Shown here: positions 1-13,491 of the stretch, piece after piece
Numbering within the stretch: the first letter of the stretch is position 1
How the letters are laid out: each line of letters begins with the position of its first letter
Position numbers and translations under genes: made by a program
Notes under the pieces: generated by a model
The model's database searches: none
What the model saw: only the letters and a program-made list of their open reading frames with translations
What the model was told of the DNA's origin: nothing
Origin: Amoebidium appalachense
Taxonomy: Eukaryota; Protista; Ichthyosporea
DNA length: 64,000 bases
Assembly: GCA_963693365.1 (NCBI GenBank)
Contig: CAVNZM010000002.1
Coordinates: 1,116,001-1,180,000, forward strand
Direction: 5' to 3'

Positions 1-499
1 CATTGGCCAGCCACCAGGGCTTGGATTGCATACTGTACCGGCAACCAGTGTCCATTATCAGAAACCGAATTACCATGTATGTACAAAGCTGCCGGCTTTA
101 CAACATCGTCGGGACGAAATGACCACGGAGACTGGCACATCAAGGCCATATCCTAGCTCACTTGCCAAAAACTTCAAAAAATAAAACAGAACTACAAAAA
201 CAAGGCTAACCGCACCGACTACACAGAGTAATATATGTGAAGTGAACAATCTCAAACCAAACGCTTACTTAATCGTCTAGGCTTACACCCTGGACTCTAT
301 TGCTAAAGAGTGAGTGGATGTGCATGCACCATGGTCTGTGCTGCTTTTCCGTCCTCAATGCACATATCAGCCGAGAGTGATGGGCCAACCGTGTAATTGT
401 GTAAGCATGGGATCTCGTGTGAGTGTGAGTGTGAGTGTGAGTGAGTGAGTTGAGTGAGTGAGTGTGTGTGTGTGTGTGTCCGCGGGGCCTGGGTGGAGG

Positions 500-539
<40 letters not shown>

Positions 540-681
540 AAAGGGAATAGTGCCCATCCACGCAGCCAACTCTCTATGGCCCTATGGGTGTGTGGTCAAG
601 GGTACGAGCACGTAGGTGTGTACCAACTTCATAACCGCCCAACTCTGCACGTGAATATACACGTGCACCGGCCTACACATA

Positions 682-876
682 TTAGTTCTCGGCTAGCATC
701 TCATCAAAGAGGTCTGGGTCGTGGAACTTTCCGCCCATGTCCAGCACAAAGAACATCTTGGTGCCCTCGACTTTGATGGGAAGGTAGCTGTTGCGCCCAT
801 CTGAGTGCTCACAATCAGAAACCACCCCATCACAATTACGCCACCTCAAAAAAAAAAAAAAAAAAAAAAAGGAAAA

Positions 877-910
<34 letters not shown>

Positions 911-3687
911 CAGGTTATTGATATCACAACAGGCCACCCGTGGGATGCTGTTTTGTCAACTTCAACGAAGACCGGCTCAAGTCGATCCGTGCCTCGAAGG
1001 CCCAGCAACAAATTGGGTTTCGGGCAGGCAAGTGTGTCCCCTACTGCTACTCTAAGCTCATAGGATAGGGAGGAGAATTTTGGAATTTTAGCATGATAAA
1101 TTTGGTGCTCTTGTACATGAGTAAATTAAATCTTGATCTGATGCAAAGGGAGGGGAACCTTTGATTTTCTGGGTTCATCTACAGTAATACAACCTTCTTT
1201 AAGCAGTAATAGCTCTATAAGAATAAGATATAAAACATTTACAGAAGTAACTTATCAAGTTTGAATCAGTTAAACAAGGCATGTGTACCCTTAATACACA
1301 AGTTCCGATAACGCACTAATTCCCCCTTAACAATTAGCGTCCTCGTAAATTTAATTACAAAGCAATTTTTATCATTTTCCTTTTATAAAGTTTTATATGC
1401 CTTAGCCTATAAAACATCAGGGGGGTTCCTATGCCTCCACAAAAGTATGGGGTTCGACTCTTTAACCTCTCGCGCGTGGTTCCCAACCCATACTTTGATT
1501 CAACAGCAATAGGCGAGTCCACCCGTCTTGGCCAAAGACGAGCAGGGTTGTTCACGGAGCAGCAATCTAAGAACGCAGAGTCTACAAAATCTGGAAGCAG
1601 ACAAAAAACAAAGAAAGCAAGCAGAGAGATAGAGCATAAGCCGGGCTTCTACAAAGCTCCCCGGCTCCCTAACATATAGAGAAGAGGAGGGAGGGGAGGG
1701 GGGGGGTTTGAATGCGTCAAAAAATACGAAGTACACAAGAACAAACGGATAACACGATGCAGAATGCAAACCATACATAAAGAGTATGCATAATAAGCAG
1801 AGCCCATCCTCAGGGAGGGCCCACGTCATCCACAGGGGGGGGGGGGGGGGGGGGGGGGGGGGGAGGGGGGAGAGAGGGAGGGGGAGGGGGGAGAGAGAGG
1901 GGGAAGGGGGCGGAGGGCGGAGGGGGAAGAGGGGGGGGGGGGGGGGGGGACACGGAGACAGAGAAAACAAGGGAGGAACTTAACCTGGCAACTATTGCTT
2001 TATTAGAGGGTTACCCCACGTAATAAACCAATAGGTTTGACCCATGCCACTGGGGGGCAGTGCACCTGACCGGGTGGAACTTTAACGTGTTCGAACGGGT
2101 GGGTAAGCCCCTGGCGGCCAGCCAGCATTCACCTCGTGCCCATGGGCTTTAGGAAGCCAAAAAGGTAGCCAAGTTGTATCACTACATGTGACACGCCATA
2201 TGTCGAGAACCATTATGCACGGAGTGTAGTCTATATATGTGTGTGTGTGTAAATGATATTGACATCGTGTGTGTGAGTAAGATTATATTGGTGTGCGAAT
2301 TCTTCGAATGATGGATTTCAGAATAAATGAATAATGTGTGCCGCGATACATCGATGGATTGTTTCTAATGTATGATATGGTTTTATGAATGGGTTTATTG
2401 TAGATATAACCCTTAGCTAGTAGTCTAGATATTAGGGTAGCTGCTTGAATGGAGAAAGCATGCAATGAGGAGCACTTACGGTGACAGCTACATAGTTGAC
2501 TAGTTATGATACCATATTTAGCGGCGTTAGAAATGAATGAATCGATATGGGGATAGCGAACGATAGCGAGTTTAGAAAATGTGCTGGTATCGAGTTTATT
2601 GTATATGCTTGTGTGGATGCCGTGATTGGTTGCTCGGATATGGAGATCTAGATAGTTAACAGCGCTGCCTTCGTCGGCGAATTGACTTGCAATGTGTTTT
2701 TAGGATAAATGCCGTATGTGTTGTCTTCGATATAAAGGTGATTGCTGACGATATTGTTGTTGATAGACATAAGATCATCGATATAGCGCTTAGTGAATTG
2801 GAATTCGATAAGAATATCTACACGCTGGTCGCGCACTAATTTTTCGAAAAATTCTAATTCGTAAGTGAATAGATAATAATTGGCTAGGAATACGGCGCAG
2901 TTCGTGCCCATCGGGATGCCTATTGATTGATGATAGAGATTGTCCCCGAAAGCCACGTAAGTGTTATCGATGAGGAAGCACGCAAGTTCGCAGAAAGTGT
3001 CTTGATCGAGATATTGTGTGTGGTTGCTGTTTGGCTGAGCGGCTTCTAGCCATGCGAAGCGGGTTGATTGGACTTTGAGGTACTTGAGAGTATTCCGAGA
3101 TTCGTCTGATTTGTTGTTGAACACGTGTCTAATCAAAGCGCAAATTCGCGATTTCAAATCCTGCAGATTGATTTTTGTATGAAGTGTGGAGAAATCATAC
3201 GTGCGAATTTTGGTATCTTTCTGCTGGCGAGTAATGTGATTGATCGAGTTGATTGTGTCTATCAGTTCGGCGCTATCTTTCAAAATCCAGCTCCGAGTAT
3301 TATGAGGAAGATGGTCCTTAACTGTATTTTTCCAGATGTGTTCTACGTCGCTTTGAATGCTCTTAACATTTGAAAGGAGAATGCTAACGAATTCGAGAGA
3401 TGTAGATGCGGAGCAGGCAATGAATCGGAATGAAGGAGGATGCTTATGCATTTTAGTGATTGCATGAAAGGTACGGAGCGCAGGTTTGAATGTTTCTTTA
3501 TTTTTGAGGTTGAATATGAGATTGTGGCGTGCGCAAAATGCTTTGTGTAGCTATGATCTGTTCGGTTGCTTGAGCGCATGTTACATATGTGGCGCTAGGT
3601 TGATTGAGTTCGTTCATGATCGTTTGGATATAATGTTTTTTGCAGACGATAGCGAATGTGTTTGTGGCCTTTGGGGGGGGGGGGGGG

Positions 3688-3729
<42 letters not shown>

Positions 3730-3823
3730 AGAGAGATGGCTGCATTAGAGGACTGGAATAACCGACCTGAAGATACCCAAAAGACAACCCAAAAGGTTCA
3801 TAAACATACAGGGCAGGGGAGAA

Positions 3824-3871
<48 letters not shown>

Positions 3872-4690
3872 AAGAAAAGAAAAGGCATCCAAGGGACCCT
3901 CATATTGCTTGAACAAGGGTCCTATCATCAGGGGGTTCTTTGTGGCGCGTGCGCGCGCGCGCGTGTGTGTGTTTAGGGGGGAAGAGGGGAGAGGGCACAT
4001 AGGAAAGAAAGGATAGAGAATAAATAAAGGCATTCAAACACCCAAAATGAACCCATACGCATTCAATGACGAGAAGGGGGGGGGGGGGGGGGGGGGGGGG
4101 GGCAATAGATTATACAGACACAACACCACTGAACAAGGTTCATAATGACTGCACTGGAAGCGAAAGTGGTGGTGGTGGTGGTGGTGGTGGGGGGGAGGGG
4201 GGGGGGGGGGGGGGGGGGGGAGGGGATGAAAAAATAATCATACGACATAGGCGGAAAAAACAGCAGTCCAACATGACCAAAGTAGAATATGGTGCAAAGT
4301 GCACGCACCAAGATGCACAAACGAAGGGCAAAAAAAACTGCACAAGAAAACACATTCATCTTCTCACCAACCCAGCAGCACAGAAGAGCGACATACATGC
4401 AGTAGCTGGTGGCAGTCGTGCTGCACATCGATGGACGGGCAAAAAAACAGACAGGCATACAGGCATATGTGCACACACATACACACACTCTTTCTCCCTC
4501 TCCCTCTCTCTCTCTCTCCCCCCCCCTCTCTCACACATATAGACATCCCCCCCCCCCCACACACACACACACAGACACATACACACACACACACACACAC
4601 ACAGGGGGCACCTACGAAGGCTCTCTCGTGACTGCAGGGCGAATACATTTCTGACAGGCACTGCGCCGTCAACCCCACATGTCAGCATCA

Positions 4691-4733
<43 letters not shown>

Positions 4734-5269
4734 CCAAACGAAAAAGAAAGAAAGAAAGAAGGAAAGAAAGAAAGAAAGAAAGAAAGAAAAGAAGAAGAAG
4801 ACGGTCCCATCTATCGCTTGGCACATTTCTATCAGTATGGGGAATAATCGTCGTGGAATATCTGTAAAGCCATAAGTGAGGTGCTTGGCAGGCACTAATT
4901 CACAGGCACGCAAGGTGTTGGGAGAATTCGAACCAAGACCAAAAGGGACACACGTGTTACAGATGTAAGGGCGGATGGGTGTGTGTTGTAGAGAGGAGGG
5001 GCACAAAGTATAAGAAGAGAAGAAAGTGGCGGCCCGCCGGGTTGGGATTGGGAGAGAGGATATTCTTTGCAGAGTATAAAAAACACACCTAAATTGGATA
5101 ACCGCTGGCAATGCGAATTTAGCAGTTCACACACAAACAGTATGCATCCCAAGTAGAACCCATCCTCCGGAGGAGCCACGTCGTCCAGATTAAGTTTCGA
5201 TCCATTCACCTCACACGCAATACACGCAATACCCACCTCAACACTACCTTCATGGGTGGTACCCAAAAA

Positions 5270-5302
<33 letters not shown>

Positions 5303-5855
5303 TTATACTCTCGTACCTGTAAAAGTGCGTGTCCACACTGAATTGTACGTAGTGACCTGCAAATTCTCGCCCCCCTTCAGCAGTGATAGGTTGGTCACCA
5401 GTCTGCACCATGAGCCAATCAGAAACTCAGAAAACCAGATGATGCCCATATATGGTTATATTTCATTGGTCAGCACACGGTAGCTAGACACAACTTGAAA
5501 ACATGCGATAATAAAAATTACACAGAAAAACATCTGCAATATGATGTCTGTAAACAGCAGAGTTGCAATACTGTTGACACACATGGTGACACTTGCATGG
5601 GGTTTATGTGTGTGCACAGGGGAAACATCGAATTACCGGGTGAGAAGCAGTGCCCCTCATCACACACATGAACATACAAATGCATAGATATAAAGAGCCA
5701 TCCAGGGAAGAGAGAGTGTCAGTGTGGGAGAATGGAAAGTATGGTACATTTCCTAAACGTAACCAACAGAGATGAACGTAGGCCTCTGCAAGGAGCACAT
5801 AGACACAACGATATCTGCAGTGAAGGTGGGCAGTGGTAAGTTGTGTGTGTGTGTG

Positions 5856-5899
<44 letters not shown>

Positions 5900-6187
5900 T
5901 GGGTATTGGGGGGTCTCTACCTTCTCGGGAATAGCCAGCAGATGTAAGCGACTGAGGCACCAATGGTGGCACAGGCCAGGGCAAAGCGCCAGCTACCCTG
6001 CTGCAGGGTACGTGAGCTAAGACAGACAGACATACATGCACGAGCGGGAACACAGGTAGAATATCCCGAAACTCCTCATTGCTTACCTTACCCAACCCCC
6101 TCCGCTACACACACACACGCGCGCACGCGCACGCGCGCGCGCGCACACACGCACACACACACACACATCAACACCCACACACGCACA

Positions 6188-6260
<73 letters not shown>

Positions 6261-7213
6261 CAACACCCACCCACCCACACACACACACACACACCCTCCC
6301 CCTCCCTCCCCCCCCCCCCCCCCAAAAAAAACACACACATCCCACACGCCCAACCCCACCCACCCACCCACCCACACACGTATGTACATACGCTAGATAT
6401 GTCCATACCTTTGCCGGTTGCTCACCCTCCTTCTGCTCGTTCTTCTTCATCACTATTCTGTTGGACGCTTGTAAGAAAACCTGAAGTTTTAAGAATTTGT
6501 GGCTTAAAACTATGATATTTGGATTAAGACAGGCGATTGTCAGGAACTAAACCCATCCCGCGCTTGACTTATTCCCCCCCCCCCCCCCCCCCCCCCCTCC
6601 CCCCCTCCCCCCATAATGCGGATTCACCTGATCCATGTTGATACCCATGTCAAGATACCATAATGGATATGCAGTAGGGAAAGCTGACGTGCATGTGCAT
6701 GCATAAGTGTGGCGTGTGTGTAATCGTGTTTTTTTTTTTTTTTTTTTTTTTTTTGGGGGGGGGGGGGGGGGGGATAAATATATGCAAGGGTATCACAAAG
6801 TTATCCGGAAACTCAAAACCTCCAATACATGCACATACACACACAACTCGTGGAAACATGCATTCACACACAGAGAGAGAGACACACACATAGACACAAA
6901 CACAAACGCACGCATACACACACACCGTGCATGTAAGACAACATTAGACAGATCTATGGGGTGCGTGCAAACATGCACAGAACTACACACACATACACAC
7001 AGGGGGGCAAGGGGGCGAGCGGGAGAGAGAGAGACAGAAACAGACAGACAGACAGACACAGAGAGCACACACATGATTAATGTGTGCAAGGGGTCACCCC
7101 TACCTTGCAGCATCCATTGGTGTTGGGATGTAACCAAACAGCGCCTCCCAGGCCATATATGACCTGTCAACCTAAATTAGCTCACATCCCCCCCCCCCCC
7201 CCCTTTCTCTCGC

Positions 7214-7245
<32 letters not shown>

Positions 7246-7798
7246 CCCTCCCCCCCCCCCCCTCCCTTCTTTCCCGTCTCCGGACCCCCCCCCCCCCCCC
7301 CCCCCCCCCCAAACACACACACACACACACACCAGCCCCAGAACACCATACACACACCACCCAGGCCCCCACCCAAGCACCATACCCACAGATACCCCCA
7401 CACACCCACACAAAAAAGAAAGAGTGAATGAAGGAGAAGTGGAGGCAAAGAGAAAGAACGAGGAGGAAGGCCGGATGAACACACTATCACACACACACAC
7501 AAACACACACACACAAAAAAAAAAAAAAGAGGAAGAAGAAGAAGACGTAGACGACGAAAAAGAAGAAGAAAGAAAGGAAGAAAGAACAAAAACAGGAGAA
7601 AGATAAGTTGAGAAAAGAAAGACAGAAAGAGGCAACAAAAATGGAACTGCAAACATTACAGCCCTCCCGTACCAACAGAACGAAGTATTCACAAACGTCA
7701 CAAAGTATATTGCCAAGAAAACGAGAAACTTGGCAATAGTCACAGAGCTGACCCACACTTAAAGAAGGTGCTATGGAATCTGGCGTATTTAACGCGGC

Positions 7799-7834
<36 letters not shown>

Positions 7835-8894
7835 GGGGGGGGGGAATCTATAACAATAATCATGATAATAATAAATAACCAAAAACCCACCAGAATATTG
7901 AACCGCAGATACCGACAAACGTGGCCAGTGCGGGGATTGAGGGTGACTGGTACTCAAACAGAAGGATGTCTTTGCCCACGGCCGCAGGCGTGACAAAGGT
8001 TGGTGGCCGCTTGCGCTTTTTACTGAAATGCCGCCTGTAGCATGTACGTGTAAGGGTTAATGAGGGACCACGGTGAAAGCCCTTAAATAATAAGTGTAGT
8101 TTAAACAACGGAAAACACAAAGAATTAAGGCATGGTTAAAAAAAATAGTAAGGGGAGGAGGGGAGGAGGGGGGGGGGGAAGGGGGGGGGGGGAAGAGGTA
8201 GACATTGCAAAAGAAAAAGACACACATAAAGAACAGGGATGCAAATAAGATTGGAATGAAAACCCAAACATAAATCGTTTGCAACCATAGGTGCAGCCCA
8301 ATTCGGCAAGGGGTGAGGGCGGGGGGCAAGTCATACACAAGGTTGAAGAGTTTGACCCACTTCACTCATAAGAATAAGCAATGGGGGCACTGTTTCGTTT
8401 TTTTTTTGTGTGTGTGTGTGTGGGAGGGGGGGGGGAGGGGGACTGGGGGGAGGAAGGGGGGAGGGGAGGGGGGAGGAGAGTGGTAAGAAGTGGGCTGTTG
8501 TCCCTCAAATGTGTCAAATGGATGAAATAAAACATTAAGCAAATTGGGGTTCCCCCACCATACAACTAGAGGAAGAGAGAAAACGACATTGATCTCCCAT
8601 AATTCGGCCACTAACTAATAAGTATGCTACCTGCAAAGTCGACGACGAACCCCCGGCTCCCCATCCCCCCCTTCCCCGTTCAAGTCCAAAGGCCCCAAGG
8701 CACCCTATTTCTGACTGCCCATAGAAACACAGTTTGTTCCAAATCTTTTCCGTCCAACAGCAACCCTTAGCAGTTTTCACTTTCTCAGTCTTTTTTTGAC
8801 AGTCTGGCTACAGGGAGGCTAGAAGAGCCTTCCCTTCAGTTTGAACAGAGGGGAAGGCGGGGCGAAGTGTGTGGGGGGGAGGGGGGGGCGGGGC

Positions 8895-8925
<31 letters not shown>

Positions 8926-9948
8926 GCACTTCAAGAGGAAGTGACGAAGCCGAAAGAGGATGGGCGGAAGATATAAAAAGAGACGGAGGAGGGAGAAGGA
9001 CTCCTACTCCGATGAAAATTACCTACACCGATATCAGGTGAAAAATCGGCGAGTTCTTAGGTGAAAACACAGGCATAACGCTTGTGTAGAGGAGAATGTG
9101 GAATTCTGGGAAGCGGGAAAAGGGAGGGAGAGAGACGTGGGGGGAGATGGATGAAGGCAGGGACAAGAAGCTACATGGTGGCGCAGGACAAGGTGTGGCA
9201 GAAAAACATGAGATCTTGAACTCAATCGTTCTTACCGCAGTATTTGGACTGGGCTGTACTGCAGGGTCCGCCGCGCCTGTGAGAACATCTTCAAATACAA
9301 ACAAATGTCAAAGCTGACTGCACAGTGAGCTTGCGAAAAGAAAGGAGACCTGCTAAGGGAAAGATGTGATCACTTGATCCATAAGAACATGTACTGATGT
9401 CACAAGCCCGGCTGAGTGCTATAGGAAGTGAACTTGGAGAAAGCCTGTTGCTTTTATAATGCCGACTGATGATATATGGTCGCTCCGATGGCTCTCTCCT
9501 CTCTCTCTCTCTCTCTCTCCCTCTCGCACCGGCACTCGTTCCAGGGCCTCTCCAGCTACATGGATCTGGCTCGTCTCACTGGCCAGCACGCATGAGCCGC
9601 ACCAATGTCTTTCACATGAACACATAAAAACAACACTAGAAGGCAACATTTTCAACTTCCCTCATAGCAGAATGTCTTGCCTCCAGCAAGTGCAAATTCA
9701 CATTTCCGTGCTGAGCGTAATTTATGACTGTAGGCATTGGTGACGTCACAGCCGGTCACACATGCATGTGGCCACGAGGATCGCACGTACTGCGCAGAAA
9801 CAAGTTTTCTGCCTTTCGAAAGGAAAGCAGGGATAGGGGTGCGGGGCAAGCAAAACAACATAGGTTAGGCAGAAGTTTTTACCGCTTGAAGCAGTGGTGT
9901 TGCTAGAGCTCCTGTTTTACCTTCCCTAACCGTTATTGCACACGCCAT
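682..9948 (-). CDS. Probable multi-exon protein-coding gene of unknown function, head-to-head with Tim17; exon chain only partly resolved
   Basis: Non-repetitive, stop-free blocks bounded by AG/GT on the minus strand. Examples: about 8297-8365 plus 7913-8035 (KWVKLFNLVYDLPP...LWRHFSKKRKRPPTFVTPAAVGKDILLFEYQSP); about 6409-6481 (VFLQASNRIVMKKNEQ); 938-1056 plus 682-787 (LRVAVGDTL...HGYLPIKVEGTKMFFVLDMGGKFHDPDLFDEMLAEN*). No family recognised; the 5' end (ATG 9948) is tentative. Confidence 0.4.
1415..1677 (-). mobile_element. Non-autonomous repeat (family B) carrying the conserved structured-RNA motif
   Basis: Shares CAACCCTGCTCGTCTTTGRYCAAGACGGGT with 22614-22643 and GGCATAGGAACCCCCCTGATG with 22041-22061. 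Confidence 0.65.
1707..1833 (-). mobile_element. Short dispersed repeat (family A), 3' end fused to poly-C
   Basis: Near-identical to 15126-15228 (ATGGGCTCTGCTTATTATGCATACTC...GTACTTCGTA...CGCATTCAAA then C-run). Confidence 0.8.
1949..3672 (-). mobile_element. 5'-truncated, decayed Penelope-like retroelement (Naiad/Chlamys-type) lying between poly-C runs inside an intron
   Basis: RT coding region followed by a roughly 300-nt hairpin-rich 3' region. Both junctions abut (C)n on the element strand, and the interior has almost no microsatellite, unlike the flanks. Confidence 0.75.
2283..3600 (-). pseudogene. PLE-type reverse transcriptase, disrupted
   Basis: Motifs KMHKHPPSFRFI, TYDFSTLHTKI, FLIDNTYVAFG, QSIGIPMGTNCAVFLAN, RYIDDL and thumb YPHIDSFIS...YGIITSQL. 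A long insertion lies between motifs A and B (IFD-like), and there is no C-terminal GIY-YIG before the stop at 2283. Frameshift near 2670 and stops upstream of 3540. Confidence 0.85.
3730..3945 (-). mobile_element. Diverged family B repeat fragment split by a poly-C run
   Basis: GAACCCCCTGATGATAGG...TGTTCAAG and the terminal TTCCAGTCCTCTAA resemble 22047-22190. Confidence 0.5.
5061..5265 (-). mobile_element. Diverged family A repeat with part of the structured-RNA motif
   Basis: AGGTGAATGGATCGAAAC...GACGTGGCTCCTCCGGAGGATGGGTTCTACTT aligns with 22700-22766 and 1795-1833. Confidence 0.6.
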
Positions 9949-10073
9949 CGTTTCTACGCAGGGTACAGTCATCACATCCTTGTGCGAACCAGAAACATCG
10001 TGTCAAAAGTCTTGTCTTTCGCTCCTATTACATACAAAGTTTTCAGCCACCGGCTCGCTATAATCTATCGAAG

Positions 10074-10691
10074 ATGTCGGACCCAGAAATGATGCGTAAC
10101 CCCTGGTAAGTTCTCGGTAACATCACACGGCGGTGATGGGTCTGCTTGACGGTTGCATGTTTTTCTTGTACCTGTGCTGCAAGTGTTTGTGGTATGCAAC
10201 CCTTTTTTGCACCCGTAAGCGCTTATATGACAGCTCCTAGAGGCTCGACGTTTGCATGGATAATTCTATACTTGCACTTTGCCTTAGAATTATCAAGAAC
10301 TTGCAATTATTTGTAGGAGAGTTCGTAGGACTTGCACACATGCCATCGATCCGTGTCCATTTTCGCGCGGAAAACAACGGGTTGAGGTAAAGGGAAAATT
10401 CAAAGCCCGCCTTACTCCTGTTCTTTATTGTTTTGCGCATTTCTCTCGTTCTCGAGCACCTCATACTTGTAACATGCAACACACATGCATGTACACTGTT
10501 TACGAGCACGCACTTGCTTCATGTGTACTTTACACTCTCCTGTCAGTTGCAAACAAGCACTCTTTTCGCACAAAACACCACATCAGTGAAGTTACACGCA
10601 CTAACGAGCTCCTCCCCCTCTGTCCCCCTCCTTCCCCCAATATACACACATACAGAGAGACAAATACGCACACACAAAGGCGCTCGCGCGT

Positions 10692-10731
<40 letters not shown>

Positions 10732-11660
10732 CCCGTACCGCATTCTTGACGATTTTGGCGGTGCCTTTGCCATGGGTGCCATTGGTGGCTCTGTATGGCA
10801 CATGGTCAAGGGCTACAAGAACTCCCCACCGGTACATACCCTTCCCTCCACCTCTCCCCCCCCTTTCCCCCAACCATATATCCCCCCCTATATTTTCCCT
10901 CGTCTCTCCTATTCCCCACTTCGTCTCTCCCTATTCCCCCGATTTCCCATCACTACCTTTATTTCCACTCACCCTCCCTCTTTTATCCTTCCCTGCCCTT
11001 CTCCCCCCCCCCCCCCCCCCCCCCCTCTTCCCCCTTTCTCACTTGACTCCAAAACTCCTACCCCACACATGACCGCCACCACCAGACTCGAGAGGTCTTG
11101 CTCGATAAAAAATGATTGTTCGAGACTGAGAGGGAGGGAAAGAGAGAGAGAGAGGCAGGAGGGAGGGGGAATTGATGTCCTATTAGGAGACATACGGAGT
11201 TTGGTGGGCACCAGGTGTTAGTTTTGGTGTTCATGTGTACTTGGGGTGTGAGACTGTTTGCTGAGCAGATTCTCCCCCCGCCCCTCCCCAACCACCACCA
11301 CCACCACCACCCTACCACTCCTACCCCACCCCACCCCACCACCCTATGTGCGTGTGTGTAGTTTTTGGGGGGAGGGGAATGCAATAGAGAATGCTTGATG
11401 GGAGTGTAGGGTTACACCGCTGGTGGTTGTCGAATTTGTGTGTGTTTGGGGGGGGGGGGGGGGAGGGGGGAGGGACCAGTATGATGAGGGTACCTCTACA
11501 CAGATATCTGGACATCTCGCTGTTTGCTTGTAGAAGACTGTGTGTGTCCGTGTTGGTGCACGTGCGTGTGTCTCACTGCCTGTCATACAGGGCATGCGCA
11601 TGCGCAGCAGTATCAACGCAGTCAAGGCCAGAGCCCCCGTGCTTGGAGGTGTGTGTGATC

Positions 11661-11692
<32 letters not shown>

Positions 11693-11831
11693 CCCCGTGC
11701 TTTGAGGTGTGTGTGTGTGTGTGCGCGCGCTCCCCTGTTCGGAGGGGTGTGTATGTGTGCATGCGTGTGTGTGCCCCCGTGTTCGGAGGTGTGTGTATAT
11801 CTTTGATTCCCGATGTTCAGATGCACGTGTG

Positions 11832-11868
<37 letters not shown>

Positions 11869-12192
11869 GTATGTGTTCTCGTACCGGTGTGATGTTGGCA
11901 AACGCGCTTTCGTGTACCTCTAGATGTCCAGTGTATCTCATCGTATACGTATACTTCGTACCGTGATCCGCATTCAAACCCCCACCCCCCCCCCCCCTCC
12001 CCACAACCTCCCTCCCTCCGCTCTCTTCTCTCCCCTTCCTCCGTTTTCCTGTGAGTTTCCATATTCCACTCTCCCATTTTCGGTAGATATAGAGTTTAAT
12101 GTCTTTGTGGTGGTGTGGTTGTGGAGGTACCCAACACTGATTTGCAAAGTCGACACCAGTTGCACATGCCTTCAGGCTTCGTTGGGCACCCC

Positions 12193-12227
<35 letters not shown>

Positions 12228-12532
12228 CCGCCCTCCGCCCTCTCTACACACCCTCAAGACCGTGGTCACCTTTTGCGCTTTAATTCTTTTCTTTTATATG
12301 TTGAATCTTTCCCACTAGCCCCACTCCTGCTTCAAGGGTAGACCTTGCGAACACACACGTTCACTCACGTTTGATCTGCCCATGTGCGTGCAGGGAACTT
12401 TGCGGCGTGGGGAGGCATGTTCAGCATCTTCGACTGCTGTTTGGTGGCCATCCGCGAGAAGGAGGACCCATGGAACCCCATTCTGAGCGGCGCCTTGACG
12501 GGCGGTGTGCTGGCTGCCAGAGGTACGTTTTT

Positions 12533-12574
<42 letters not shown>

Positions 12575-12581
12575 TGTAGGT

Positions 12582-12617
<36 letters not shown>

Positions 12618-12700
12618 AGGGGGGGGGGGGGCGGTGGGGGGGGGGGATATGCAGGGAAAGTCTGCATATTTTTGGGGGGAGGGGGGAAGGGGGGTGAAGC

Positions 12701-12732
<32 letters not shown>

Positions 12733-13491
12733 GGGGGGGGGGGCATGTGCACGCTTGTGTCTGATGAGGGAGAGTGGAAGGGAGATTTGGTGTGTGTGTG
12801 TGTGAATGGCGACGTAAGGGTATGGTTATTGGTGGCGAAAGGGGGGGAGGGGGGGATGGGAGGGAGTCGTGGTCATAGTGTTTTGATGACATTGATGAGC
12901 CGATGGGCACATGAGTGCATCTTCGGTTGTGCTTTAGTGTAGACATTGCGCACTTTGGGTGTCTAAGGAGGGTCATGTGTGTCGCTGTGTGCCCTCGTAT
13001 CGTTCCTTCAAGTTTGTGTGTGCATGCCGTTCGTGTTTCCTTGGTGGTGGTTCTTTCGCTGAGGAGAACAGCCCCAAGGAGTGGGAAAGGAGGTGGGGGT
13101 GGGTAGAAAGGGGTTTATGATACACAATATGACCGAAGCTGTGTGTGTGTGTGTTGGGGTGGGGGGGGGGGGGGGGGGGGGGGGGGGGGGCTTTTGCGAT
13201 GATGTTGGGTAAGTTTAATGGACACCCACGCCCTCATTGCTCGTTCTTTCTATGTTTCACATGACCACAAGAACCGCCCATGACCATTTACACACACACG
13301 TACACGTACACTAACACGTGCACACACGTACAGGGGGTGCACGGCAAGCGCTGATGTCAGCAGCCATGGGGGGTGTTCTTCTGGCCATGATTGAGGGCCT
13401 GCAGATTGCCATCACAAGGGCATTGGCCGGCCCAGCCCAGCGCCCGGCATTCACAGAGATGCCCGAGGCACCCCTACCCCCCAAGCACTAA
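10074..13491 (+). CDS. TIM17: Mitochondrial inner membrane translocase subunit Tim17, 158 aa
   Basis: Exons 10074-10105, 10732-10831, 11591-11648, 12394-12522 and 13334-13491, all GT-AG and in phase (477 nt). Protein [30 protein letters not shown]...[24 protein letters not shown]...[25 protein letters not shown]...LLAMIEG. Confidence 0.96.
11631..11795 (+). repeat. Degenerate tandem copies of the Tim17 exon-3 end plus donor
   Basis: GCCCCCGTGCTTGGAG/GTGTGTG recurs with variants near 11691, 11729 and 11773, separated by (TG)n. Confidence 0.7.
11890..11978 (+). mobile_element. Family A repeat 3' fragment
   Basis: TACTTCGTACCGTGATCCGCATTCAAA then C-run, as at 22840-22867 and 25984-26009. Confidence 0.7.

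Noticed and set aside
4895-5266. Exon of the minus-strand gene (GSVEVGIACIAC...)
   Set aside because: The DNA aligns with the dispersed family A repeat.
7913-8035. TAF1 similarity (GKDILLFEY)
   Set aside because: Neighbouring exons do not continue the match.
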